Assembly (NCBI GenBank): GCA_964625025.1
Contig: CAZUZR010000006.1
Location: forward strand, 1 to 40,681
Source of the DNA: an uncultured Planctomycetia bacterium
GTDB taxonomy: Bacteria > Omnitrophota > Gorgyraeia > Pluralincolimonadales > CAZUZR01
Length of the DNA stretch: 40,681 nt
Reading direction: 5' to 3'
Position 1 is the first letter of the stretch; every line of letters begins with the position of its first letter. Positions 12,735 through 21,889 of this stretch are shown here, piece by piece. Made by a program: the position numbers and the translations under genes. Below the pieces are notes generated by a model. It made no database searches, was not told the DNA's origin, and worked only from the letters and a program-made list of their open reading frames with translations.

Positions 12735-12832
12735 CCCCTTTCCTCCTTTCTCAAATTCGTGCATATAAGTTATGTCGCTTACCCAAGTTAATATCAAGCT
12801 CCCTAACTTATTCACTCACTTATTTTAAATTC

Positions 12833-14596
12833 TCACTTTTTTAAAAGTTGAAACCCTAGTTCCTTTAACTGTTGCTCCGATACATCCGAAGGCGCCCCAG
12901 TTAAAAAACAGACCGCCCTTTGAGTCTTCGGAAAAGCGATGACCTCCCTTATGCTCGCCGAATCTGTAATCATCGCAATAAGCCTATCTAAGCCAAGGGC
13001 AATCCCGCCATGCGGCGGAGCACCGTAGGAGAATGCCTCCAATAAGAAACCGAACCTAGTCATTGCCTCCTTATCGCTCAAGCCGATCGCCTTAAATATC
13101 CGCGCCTGCGTGGCCCTGTCGTGAATTCTAATCGAACCTGAGCCGACCTCAACTCCATTTAAAACTAAATCGTATGCCCTCGCCCTGACTACTTGTGGTT
13201 CGTTCTCGATAAAAGGCAAATCTTCTTCAAAAGGTGCGGTAAATGGATGATGCTCGGATTCCCAGCGTTTCTCCTCCTCATTATATTTCAATAAAGGAAA
13301 ATCAAGAACCCAAAGGTAATTGAACATATCTTTTTTAATTAGATTATAATTACGCGCAATGGCTAAACGAAGTTGCGAGAGCACCTCATTCACCGTCTCT
13401 TTTTTATCAGCGATTAAAAGTATCAAATCTCCTTTTTTTGCTGCCATTTTCTTTATCGTTGTCTCTAACCGTTCTCTCTTAAAAAATTTGGCAATGGGGG
13501 ACTCAACGCCTTCATTTACAATTTTAAAATACGCCAACCCCTTTGCGCCAAGTTGAGTGGCAAGTTGGGTCAAACTATCAATATCGCTCCTTGAGATATT
13601 TGCTTTCCCTTTTACGTTTAGCCCTTTAATTATTCCGCCGCTCTGGGTTAAGACATTCTCAAAGGCTTGAAATTCGCTACCCTTTAAGATATCGGTCAAA
13701 TCCACAAGCTCCATCTTAAATCTGGTATCGGGCTTATCGGTTCCGTACCTTTCAATAGCCTCGCGATATTTTAATCGGGGAAAAGGCACTTTTAGGTCAA
13801 CGCCTATCGCTTTTTTGAAGGTCGCTTTCAAAAGCCTCTCAGTTATATCAAAAATATCGTCCTCATCTATAAACGACATCTCCATATCAAGCTGAGTGAA
13901 TTCTGGCTGCCTATCTGCTCTTAAATCCTCGTCTCTAAAACACTTGGCTATCTGAAAATATTTATCGAAGCCTGCCACCATTAATATCTGTTTAAATAGT
14001 TGAGGCGATTGCGGGAGGGCATAGAATTTGCCGGGGTTTAACCTGCTTGGCACAAGATAGTCTCGCGCTCCTTCAGGTGTAGACTTAGTCAATACTGGCG
14101 TCTCGACTTCTATAAAACCTTCTCTATCTAAAAAATTGCGGATGGCTTGATAAATTTTATGTCTAATAAAAAGCCTGTCGCGAGAGGACTTTCGCCTTAA
14201 ATCCAAAAATCTATAAGCAAAACGCAATTCCTCGGAAATCTGACCTTCATCTTCGATTTCAAACGCAGGGGTAAGCGACGGATTTAAAACTATGAGCTTG
14301 TCAACCACTACTTCTATTTCTCCAGTTTTTAATTTCGGATTTTCTGTCCCTTTAGGCCTCTTTTCGACCCACCCTTCAATTGTAATAACATATTCGCTTC
14401 GCAAAGCGCCTGCCGCTTCATGAATGCCTTTGGATTTTTTAGGATTAAAGACAATCTGTGTTATACCTTCCCTATCTCTTAAGTCTATAAAAATTAGTCC
14501 CCCATGGTCACGCCTCTTATGGACCCAACCGCACAGAGTAACTACTCTTCCTATATTCTCTTTCGTTAACTCTCCGCAGGTATGAGTTCGCTTCAT
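12833..14596 (-). CDS. aspS: aspartate--tRNA ligase
   Basis: 587 aa, bacterial-type class II AspRS with N-terminal OB fold and GAD insertion (FRDEDLRADRQPEFTQLD). Confidence 0.96.
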   Translation of the reverse strand: MKRTHTCGELTKENIGRVVTLCGWVHKRRDHGGLIFIDLRDREGITQIVFNPKKSKGIHEAAGALRSEYVITIEGWVEKRPKGTENPKLKTGEIEVVVDKLIVLNPSLTPAFEIEDEGQISEELRFAYRFLDLRRKSSRDRLFIRHKIYQAIRNFLDREGFIEVETPVLTKSTPEGARDYLVPSRLNPGKFYALPQSPQLFKQILMVAGFDKYFQIAKCFRDEDLRADRQPEFTQLDMEMSFIDEDDIFDITERLLKATFKKAIGVDLKVPFPRLKYREAIERYGTDKPDTRFKMELVDLTDILKGSEFQAFENVLTQSGGIIKGLNVKGKANISRSDIDSLTQLATQLGAKGLAYFKIVNEGVESPIAKFFKRERLETTIKKMAAKKGDLILLIADKKETVNEVLSQLRLAIARNYNLIKKDMFNYLWVLDFPLLKYNEEEKRWESEHHPFTAPFEEDLPFIENEPQVVRARAYDLVLNGVEVGSGSIRIHDRATQARIFKAIGLSDKEAMTRFGFLLEAFSYGAPPHGGIALGLDRLIAMITDSASIREVIAFPKTQRAVCFLTGAPSDVSEQQLKELGFQLLKK

Positions 14597-14614
14597 CCCG
14601 TTAGAAATTCCTCC
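14597..14614 (-). promoter_or_regulatory. RBS with conserved TTTCTAACGGG box abutting the aspS ATG
   Basis: Sense strand reads GGAGGAATTTCTAACGGG-ATG. By eye about 19 of 21 nt match the region in front of the gene starting at 37259. Confidence 0.5.
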
Positions 14615-14629
14615 AATTTTATATTTGGG

Positions 14630-15907
14630 TTAATAACGCTGAAATATCCTTCGTATCTCAGAGATAAAATTCATTTGAGGTATTGCCTTTTGAACTTTCG
14701 TGTGCATGTCGCGCAGCGTAATGGCATTATTTTTAATTTCATCGCCCCCGATTAGACCCACCAATCTCGCGTCGAGCTTATCAGCTACTCGCATTTGCGC
14801 TTTCAGAGACCTTCCTTCATAATCAATCTCAGTCGATATGCCGCCCTTTCGCAATTCCATAGCCAATTTAAATCCCAACTTATATGCTGCTTCTCCAATC
14901 GTCGCAAGATATATATCAATCCCCGAATCAATTACAGGGGCATCTTCAATCGCCATTACGGTCCTTTCCATCCCGAGGGCAAAACCACAACAACCTATTT
15001 CTGGCCCGCCCAGGTCAGAGACCAAGTTGTCGTATCTGCCTCCAGCCGCAATAGCATCTTGTGCGCCCAATTTTCGATGGCTGACCTCAAAGGAAGTTTT
15101 CGTATAATAATCCAATCCTCTAACAAGATACGGCTCTAATTTGTAATCGACTTTTAATGTGGCTAATGCCTCTTTGACGCTATCGAAATGCGCGCCACAT
15201 TTAGAGCAAAGGTAATCGGTCGTGCCTTTAAAAATTCCCCTAATATAATTTTTACATCTTTCGTTTTTGCAATCCAAGATACGAAGGATGTTTTTGTTGT
15301 AACGAACCTTGCAATCATCGCAGAAATTTGTAATCTGGCTCTCCAAGGATTTACGTAAACCCATCGACAATTCCTTTTTATCATCTTCGCAGCCTAACGA
15401 ATTCAATTTTATATTGTAATCCTCTATGCCAAATGAATCCAATATCGCAGTCAATAGAGCGATCACTTCCGCATCCAAATATGGGCTGTACGAACCAATC
15501 GCCTCAACGCCTATTTGATGAAACTGTCTTGCGCGGCCTGCCTGTGGGCGTTCGGCCCGAAACATAGGACCAATATAAAACAGCTTTACTAAACCAGCTG
15601 ACTTATCAATCCCTCGCTCTAAATAAGCCCTAACCGTAGATGCGGTCGCCTCAGGCCTTAAAGCGATAGGGCGTTTACCCCTATCGGGAAAAGAATACAT
15701 CTGTTTCTCAACGATATCTGTCCCTTCTCCAATTGAACGGACAAATAGCGCAGCTTCCTCTATTATCGGGGTTCTTATCTCTTTATAATTAAAAAGGTTA
15801 AAGATTACTTTGGCCTTGTCCTCTAAAATTGTCCAAAGTGCTGTTTCTTGTGGCAGGAGGTCTTTAGTCCCCCGCAATGCCTTAATTTGCGTTTTTGTAT
15901 TTTTCAT
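14630..15907 (-). CDS. hisS: histidine--tRNA ligase
   Basis: 425 aa with class II motifs (FRAERPQAGRARQFHQ, GGRYD). Confidence 0.95.
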   Translation of the reverse strand: MKNTKTQIKALRGTKDLLPQETALWTILEDKAKVIFNLFNYKEIRTPIIEEAALFVRSIGEGTDIVEKQMYSFPDRGKRPIALRPEATASTVRAYLERGIDKSAGLVKLFYIGPMFRAERPQAGRARQFHQIGVEAIGSYSPYLDAEVIALLTAILDSFGIEDYNIKLNSLGCEDDKKELSMGLRKSLESQITNFCDDCKVRYNKNILRILDCKNERCKNYIRGIFKGTTDYLCSKCGAHFDSVKEALATLKVDYKLEPYLVRGLDYYTKTSFEVSHRKLGAQDAIAAGGRYDNLVSDLGGPEIGCCGFALGMERTVMAIEDAPVIDSGIDIYLATIGEAAYKLGFKLAMELRKGGISTEIDYEGRSLKAQMRVADKLDARLVGLIGGDEIKNNAITLRDMHTKVQKAIPQMNFISEIRRIFQRY

Positions 15908-15930
15908 AAGGGAAATATAGGGAGGCTCAA

Positions 15931-15956
15931 AAAATCCGCCAACGTTTTGCGGTAGT
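15931..15956 (-). terminator. weak rho-independent terminator candidate after hup
   Basis: Sense strand reads CCGCAAAACGTTGGCGG followed by ATTTTTT. The stem is short (4+2 bp). Confidence 0.35.
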
Positions 15957-16229
15957 TTATTTAACCTTCTGTTTCATAATCAATCCCGGCTTAAAAACTG
16001 CTACCTTTTTGGGCGGGACGGGAACGGTTACCCCTGTGCGCGGGTTTCTTCCGGTCCTTCCTCGCCGGGATTTTACCTTGAAGATGCCGAAATTTCTAAG
16101 TTCGACGGTGTCGTTATTTGCTAACGCTTCAATTATTACATCAAGAACGCGTTGCACTACTACTTTTACATCCACTTGTTTTAGGCCTGCCTCATTGGCA
16201 ATCTTTAGCACTATCTCTTTCTTCGTCAT
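15957..16229 (-). CDS. HU/IHF family DNA-binding protein
   Basis: 90 aa with the arm motif FGIFKVKSRRGRTGRNPRTG. Confidence 0.92.
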   Translation of the reverse strand: MTKKEIVLKIANEAGLKQVDVKVVVQRVLDVIIEALANNDTVELRNFGIFKVKSRRGRTGRNPRTGVTVPVPPKKVAVFKPGLIMKQKVK

Positions 16230-16285
16230 CTTAAGACCTCCTTAAGTTGGTTATTTCGTAACTTATTATATTTATTATAGTTAGT

Positions 16286-16314
16286 AAATTATCACCAACT
16301 CAAAAATTTGTCAA
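16286..16314 (-). promoter_or_regulatory. sigma-70 promoter candidate for hup
   Basis: Sense strand reads TTGACA (16309-16314), a 17-nt spacer ending in TGa, then TAATTT (16286-16291). An AAGGAGG RBS follows. Confidence 0.55.
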
Positions 16315-16322
16315 GTAAAAAA

Positions 16323-19300
16323 CTATCCCCACGCTTTAAATAAAACCGTTCCTTCTCCCAGCAACTTTTCTATTTCGCCGGCCAATTCATCAGAAGGCCG
16401 AACCTTAAGTTTCTCTTCAACCGATACCTCCACCTTCTTCCCATCGGCCATCTTAAAATTTAGGTAGACTGGAATTTTACCCGGGTGGGATTCCAGAATT
16501 GATTTTAGGACCGTAAGAGATTTTTCATCGATGCCCGTAGTAGTGAGATTGATTATAATTGCTTGGGTATATTTCTGTTGCAACTCCTCGAGCGGAATAA
16601 TGTCGTTTGCGACTAATTTTGGCTTTTCCTCCCTTAGATTCACCCTGCCCTTGATGCACACAATAGCATCTTTCCTAATAAATTTTTCCGTGGATTTATA
16701 GGCATTTGGGAAAACAAGAACCTCAGTTTGGCCACTTAGGTCTTCCAAATTCATAATGGCCATCTTTTCGTTCTTCTTTGTCGTCGTGAATTTCACTTTT
16801 GCAATTATTCCACCCAAAACCGCTTCTTCGTCTGCCCTCTTTTTACTGAGTTCCTTAATCGTGGTTGTGACATACGCCTTAAGCAACTTCTCATATTTTG
16901 CTAATGGGTGGCCTGTTAAATAAAAGCCCAGCATCTCTTTTTCATACGCAAGTAGTTGATTTTCTGGCCATTCGGCTACATTTGGTATCTCGCGCTTCCT
17001 GGTATGGATTTTTACGTGGGAGCCGAATTCGCTGAAGAAAGATAGTTGTCCATTCTGCCGTTCCTTGTGTAGAACTGAGGCAGTTTCAAGACAATCGTCG
17101 AGAATTGCCATTAATTGCGCTCTACGAAGGCCGTACGTATCCATCGCCCCACATTTTATCATGCTTTCGAGCACCTTTCTGTTGACTAATCTTAAGTCAA
17201 CGTGCTCGCATAATTCATAAAGCGATTTAAACTTGCCCACTCTATTTCTTGCGTTTATAATTGAATCGATTGCGCCGCCTCCAACATTTTTAATAGCGCT
17301 TAAGCCAAACCTTATTGCATCGCTTACCACAGTGAATTTCGCAAAACTCTCGTTCACGTCGGGCGGTAAAACCTTAATGCCCATCCTCTGTGTCTCTTCG
17401 ATGTAAAAGGCTACCTTTTCAATATTATCTCTCTCTGATGTAAGAAGGGCGGTTATAAATTCAACTGGGTAATTTGCCTTTAAATATGCGGTTCGATAGG
17501 AAATTAACGCATATGCGGTCGAATGAGAATTATGTACGATTATCCCATTAGCAATAAAGTTGTGTATGCCCTCAATTTCTATATCGTAGGTTTGTTCCAT
17601 TCCTGCATATTCAATCGAAACAACTCTATCCCAAACGATGTCAGAATTTACATATCTTAATAATCTCGGAGATTCGAAGAACTGCGCCAATTTTAATATC
17701 GTATTTCGCCTAAATCCCTTTTTGTGAGATTTCAGCCCCCCGCAAAATTCTCTCATAGAAACCTCAGTTTTTCTTTCCAAATCTCGCCAGGTCAATCCAC
17801 ATCTTTCTTTTTCCGCTCTTACGGCCTGCTTAATCTCGCTTGGTAGAGTATCCTTTGTTTCCAAGTTAGGGGAAACCCGCCTATAATAACTCATTAATTC
17901 ATTTATCTGTTTGTCCTTGCCGAGTACAAAAGGACAGATATTATGGATGAAATTGACAATGCTTTCATAGCCGTAAAGATACAGGGCATAACCAAATTTA
18001 ACTCGATTGGTATTTTTATATTTATACTTAAATGTCTTTTTTGCTATTCGACTGCAAATTCCGAATCTGAGCAAAAGGTTTTGCACTTGCTGACATAATT
18101 TTTGAGAAGAGGTCGAATAAAATGGAATCGTATTGTTCCCAGAACAAATAAACCCATCACCGGACCATAGCCTACCTAAAAATAAAGCCAATAGTTCTTT
18201 GTCTAAGCAAAATATTTCCTTAGGAATAAATTTCTCCGTTGCTTTTTTGTAATCTAATCCGAGCTCTTCTATCCACACTCTCAGTCCACATCTTTCCTTT
18301 GACATTAATGTTACAACGCCATCATAATTATCTTTATTAACTCCTTTATTCCAAGGCACGTGTCCTCTTGAAAATCGGGTATCTTTACCTGTGCCAACAT
18401 ATACCTCAAAACGACCCCTTCTTTTAGTAACGCGTGGAGCCGTGTTATCAAATTCCTCGGCGCTTTTAACAAAATCGTCTACCTGCGATTTATCGTTGGT
18501 ATAATAATAAATACCGCTAGTATGGCAGGTGTTACCTTCGGAAAGTATCCATGCTAAAGCTATAATTTTATTAGACTCCAAACGCGAACCACCATTTATA
18601 GGTATAGTTTTAGGTAAGGCAATACGTTCTCTAATAGACAAATCTCCGAGGTTCTTCCAACCACGAAAAGTAAGAAAAGGGTGATTCGAAGTTGCGACTA
18701 TTTCTTTTCCCAATGCTGTCTTAAGCTTATATACAGCCTTGACTCCATTATAAACTACATCTTTTATCTTGGCTTTCACGATCTTAAGATTATCATCGCA
18801 ACTTAAAGTAGAGTTTATGATGTTTTTATTATCAAATAATTCTTTTACAGTAACTATTTTGCCCGTATCTGAATCTATAATTTCCGTGGAGCCAATAACA
18901 CATTTATTGAAACCATAGCCAGCAAAATATTCTATAAGGTTAAAGACCTTCTCCGCGGTCCTTTTTTCTATTCCTTTCTTTGTAGCCCCTTCGATGAAAC
19001 TGGACCGAGCTTGCTCCATTACCTCAGGGGTTTTCTTGGACATGGCGCGCCTTAGTGAGTCTGCTTGGGACATCGTAAAGCCCGCCAAATCAGATGCGAT
19101 TCTCATAACTTGTTCCTGATAAACTATAATGCCATACGTCTCTTTTAAAATCGGCTCGAGTAACTTATGGTCATATTTTATCGGAACCTGCCCATCCTTT
19201 CTCTTTATGAAATCATCGACCATGCCGCTTCCTATGGGGCCTGGGCGATAAAGCGCTAAGATAGCGACGATATCTTCGAATTTATTAGGCCTTAGTTTTC

Positions 19301-21143
19301 GCAGCAGTTCTCGCATTCCAGTACTTTCTAATTGGAACACGCCAAGCGATTCCGCACGCGATAAGAGCGCAAATGTCTTGGGGTCATCCATCGGGATATT
19401 CTCAATATTTATTTCTATTCCTTTAGTGCGTTTAATTATCTTCGTCGTCTCATCTATTACGGTGAGGGTGCGAAGCCCCAAGAAATCCATCTTAAGAAGG
19501 CCCATCTTTTCAAGCGAAGACATGGAATAGCCAGTTGATATCTGGTCTTCGCTTGCCTTAAATAGCGGTATATAATTCGTCAATGGTTCATCAGATATTA
19601 CGACCCCAGCAGCGTGGGTCGATGCGTGACGAGTCAAGCCCTCAAGCGCTAAGGATGTCTCGATGAGTTGCGTTATCTTCGCATCGCCTTTATATAAATT
19701 ACGCAGTTGCGGCTCCTTGTTGATGGCCTCTTCTAACGTGATATTAAGGTCTGGTGGAACAAGTTTTGCTATCCTATCCACCTCTCCATAACTTAGCCCC
19801 ATTACCCGACCGACGTCCCTTATTGCGGCGCGGGCTTGCATAGTCCCAAAAGTAATTACTTGAGCGACGTTATCCTTAGAATATTTCTCGACTACATAAT
19901 TTATAACTTCGCCCCTTCGTTCATAACAAAAATCTATGTCGATATCGGGTAGGCTTACCCTGTCGGGGTTTAAAAACCTCTCAAAGATTAAATCGTACTT
20001 TAAGGGGTCTAAGTCTGTAATCCCAAGGGCGTAACTTACGACGCTGCCAGCAGCTGAACCCCTTCCAGGCCCGACGGGTATGCCTTTGGATTTAGCGTAG
20101 TGAATGAAATCCCACGCGATTAAGAAATAACTGGTAAAACCCGTATCCTTAATGATCTTCAATTCATGTTCAACCCTGTTGCGCACCGTTTCATCTATTA
20201 CTCGATAACGTACTTTTAATCCGTCTTCCGTCAACTCCCTTAAATATTCGTCGCGGGTCCTTCCAGCCGGCGGATTGTAATGTGGTAGATGCGTTTTATC
20301 AAATTCCAATTCGAGGTTACATTTCTCAGCGATTTCCAAAGTTGAACTTATCGCCTGCGGCAATTCCGCAAATAGTTGCTTCATCTCATCCGGAGATTTA
20401 AAGTAAAATTCATCGGTTTGAAATCGCATATGGTTGGGGTCATCTAACGTCGTCTGCGTTTGTATGCAAAGCAGGGCTTCATGTGCTCGCGCGTCGCGTT
20501 TTGAAATATAGTGGACATCCGCTGTCGCAACGATTGGGATATCAAGTTCTTTAGCAAGCACTAATATCCCCTTATTAACTATATCTTGCTCTGGAATCAA
20601 ATTCTCTTGTAATTCCAGATAAAAATTTCCAGTTCCGAATATATCTTTATAATGCGAAGCGACCTCTTTTGCTTCCTCGTATTTGCCCTTAGCGATAAGA
20701 TAAGGTATTTCTCCTTGGAGGCAACTCGTTAAAGCAATTAGGCCCTTCGAATGCTGCGAAAGCAATTCTTTATCAACTCGGGGCCTATAATAAAACCCCT
20801 CGAGGTAACCTAATGAAACTAATTTCAAGAGGTTTTTGTATCCCATCTCATCCCTCGACAGAAGGATCAAATGGAAAGATGCCTCCTGGATGCCGTGCGA
20901 TGACTTCTCAAATCGAGAGCCGGGCGCAACGTATACCTCGCATCCGATTATCGGTTTTATTCCTTTGGACATCGCTTGGGTATAAAATTCAATAGCGCCG
21001 AACATATTTCCATGGTCGGTTAATGCAAGGGCCGGCATCCTATATTCTAAAGATAAATCTATGAGGTTGGATATCAAGCAGGCGCCATCGAGAAGGCTGT
21101 ATTGCGAGTGAACGTGAAGATGAACGAAATCGGAATGAATCAT
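16323..21143 (-). CDS. dnaE: DNA polymerase III alpha subunit (DnaE), interrupted by an intein
   Basis: 1606 aa with an N-terminal PHP domain (HLHVHSQYSLLDG), polymerase core and OB fold. Removing codons 748-1205 leaves a 1148-aa colinear DnaE. Confidence 0.95.
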   Translation of the reverse strand: MIHSDFVHLHVHSQYSLLDGACLISNLIDLSLEYRMPALALTDHGNMFGAIEFYTQAMSKGIKPIIGCEVYVAPGSRFEKSSHGIQEASFHLILLSRDEMGYKNLLKLVSLGYLEGFYYRPRVDKELLSQHSKGLIALTSCLQGEIPYLIAKGKYEEAKEVASHYKDIFGTGNFYLELQENLIPEQDIVNKGILVLAKELDIPIVATADVHYISKRDARAHEALLCIQTQTTLDDPNHMRFQTDEFYFKSPDEMKQLFAELPQAISSTLEIAEKCNLELEFDKTHLPHYNPPAGRTRDEYLRELTEDGLKVRYRVIDETVRNRVEHELKIIKDTGFTSYFLIAWDFIHYAKSKGIPVGPGRGSAAGSVVSYALGITDLDPLKYDLIFERFLNPDRVSLPDIDIDFCYERRGEVINYVVEKYSKDNVAQVITFGTMQARAAIRDVGRVMGLSYGEVDRIAKLVPPDLNITLEEAINKEPQLRNLYKGDAKITQLIETSLALEGLTRHASTHAAGVVISDEPLTNYIPLFKASEDQISTGYSMSSLEKMGLLKMDFLGLRTLTVIDETTKIIKRTKGIEINIENIPMDDPKTFALLSRAESLGVFQLESTGMRELLRKLRPNKFEDIVAILALYRPGPIGSGMVDDFIKRKDGQVPIKYDHKLLEPILKETYGIIVYQEQVMRIASDLAGFTMSQADSLRRAMSKKTPEVMEQARSSFIEGATKKGIEKRTAEKVFNLIEYFAGYGFNKCVIGSTEIIDSDTGKIVTVKELFDNKNIINSTLSCDDNLKIVKAKIKDVVYNGVKAVYKLKTALGKEIVATSNHPFLTFRGWKNLGDLSIRERIALPKTIPINGGSRLESNKIIALAWILSEGNTCHTSGIYYYTNDKSQVDDFVKSAEEFDNTAPRVTKRRGRFEVYVGTGKDTRFSRGHVPWNKGVNKDNYDGVVTLMSKERCGLRVWIEELGLDYKKATEKFIPKEIFCLDKELLALFLGRLWSGDGFICSGNNTIPFYSTSSQKLCQQVQNLLLRFGICSRIAKKTFKYKYKNTNRVKFGYALYLYGYESIVNFIHNICPFVLGKDKQINELMSYYRRVSPNLETKDTLPSEIKQAVRAEKERCGLTWRDLERKTEVSMREFCGGLKSHKKGFRRNTILKLAQFFESPRLLRYVNSDIVWDRVVSIEYAGMEQTYDIEIEGIHNFIANGIIVHNSHSTAYALISYRTAYLKANYPVEFITALLTSERDNIEKVAFYIEETQRMGIKVLPPDVNESFAKFTVVSDAIRFGLSAIKNVGGGAIDSIINARNRVGKFKSLYELCEHVDLRLVNRKVLESMIKCGAMDTYGLRRAQLMAILDDCLETASVLHKERQNGQLSFFSEFGSHVKIHTRKREIPNVAEWPENQLLAYEKEMLGFYLTGHPLAKYEKLLKAYVTTTIKELSKKRADEEAVLGGIIAKVKFTTTKKNEKMAIMNLEDLSGQTEVLVFPNAYKSTEKFIRKDAIVCIKGRVNLREEKPKLVANDIIPLEELQQKYTQAIIINLTTTGIDEKSLTVLKSILESHPGKIPVYLNFKMADGKKVEVSVEEKLKVRPSDELAGEIEKLLGEGTVLFKAWG
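17529..18902 (-). mobile_element. intein (458 aa) with LAGLIDADG-type homing endonuclease domain
   Basis: The extein motif is split as FAGYGFNK|C...HN|SHSTAYA. Intein landmarks: Cys1 (CVIGSTEI), block B TxxH (ATSNHPF), LAGLIDADG-like motifs ALAWILSEGN and LFLGRLWSGDGF, C-terminal block NGIIVHN, +1 Ser. Confidence 0.9.
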
Positions 21144-21148
21144 TTTAA

Positions 21149-21216
21149 ATCCAAAGTCAAAAAATCAAAATGCAAAATGCTGTAAAATTTTTGATTTTTG
21201 ATATTTGATATTTGCA
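21149..21216. repeat. heptamer-built palindrome (ATCAAAA-type x4, spacer, TTTTGAT-type x4)
   Basis: Plus strand reads ATCCAAA GTCAAAA AATCAAA ATGCAAA - atgctgtaaaat - TTTTGAT TTTTGAT ATTTGAT ATTTGCA. It fills the gap between the guaA remnant and dnaE. Confidence 0.75.
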
Positions 21217-21218
21217 TT

Positions 21219-21886
21219 TTATTCCCACTCAATCGTTGATGGAGGTTTTGAACTTATATCGTACACAACCCGATTTATCCCCCTTACCTCGTTTATTATC
21301 CTATTTGAAATCACGTCCAAAATCTCGTAAGGAAGTTTAGCCCAATCCGCCGTCATGCCGTCGAGGCTGGTAACGGCGCGCAGGGCAATTACATTTTCAT
21401 ACGTCCTTTCGTCTCCCATCACCCCAACGGTCTTTACCGGCAACAATACAGCGAAGGACTGCCAAACCCGACGATAGAGCCCGGATTTCTTAATCTCATC
21501 CAACAAATTATCTCCTTACCCAATCCCGCAAATAGGTTTTCAAAATCATCTATTAATAACTGTGCCCTGCCATATTCCCGTCGACCTGCCTTTGAAACGA
21601 CGCCTCCAAGCTTTTGAGCCATCACTTGCATACCATAACAGATACCTAAAATTGGAATTCCAAGTTCGAAAATGCCTACGTCGGGTTGAGGGGCGTTTAC
21701 CTCATAGACAGAGGCAGGCCCTCCGGAAAGTATTAGGCCTTTCGGAGATATCTCCTTGATTTCTCTGGCTGTTATATTATGCGGGACTATCTTCGAGTAG
21801 ACCTTATTTTCCCTTATCCGGCGAGCGATTAATTGATTATATTGAGAGCCGAAGTCTAAAACTAAAATAACTTCTTGGTTGTCCAT
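21219..21886 (-). pseudogene. guaA: GMP synthase remnant (internal deletion plus frameshift)
   Basis: The 21434-21886 ORF encodes only the first ~115 aa of the GATase domain (LDFGSQY..GICYGMQ). The 21219-21506 ORF, in another frame, encodes only the last ~95 aa ([31 protein letters not shown]). The PP-loop ATP pyrophosphatase domain is absent. Confidence 0.85.
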
Positions 21887-21889
21887 CCA

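Noticed and set aside
12735-12815. 27-codon N-terminal extension of the LysM protein.
   Set aside because: The internal ATG at 12734 has a strong GGAGG RBS and starts a canonical lipoprotein signal peptide (..LTGC). The extension has no signal-like features.
14597-15956. T-box leaders upstream of aminoacyl-tRNA ligase genes (aspS, hisS, valS, glyQS).
   Set aside because: The upstream spacers are only 1-50 nt, far too short for a T-box (about 200 nt or more). No specifier or T-box sequence is seen.
16323-21143. Oversized DnaE as a gene fusion or PolC-type enzyme.
   Set aside because: The extra 458 aa are a single block with all intein hallmarks, and the flanks reconstitute the contiguous FNKSHS motif. 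No exonuclease insertion typical of PolC is present.
21144-21218. oriC-like AT-rich region upstream of dnaE.
   Set aside because: It is only 75 bp, with no DnaA boxes and no dnaA or dnaN nearby. It is better explained as a member of the heptamer-palindrome family or as a terminator.
21219-21886. Two-subunit (archaeal-style GuaAA/GuaAB) GMP synthase.
   Set aside because: The pieces are far too short (about 115 and 95 aa of homology) and overlap in different frames. The ATP pyrophosphatase domain is entirely missing.
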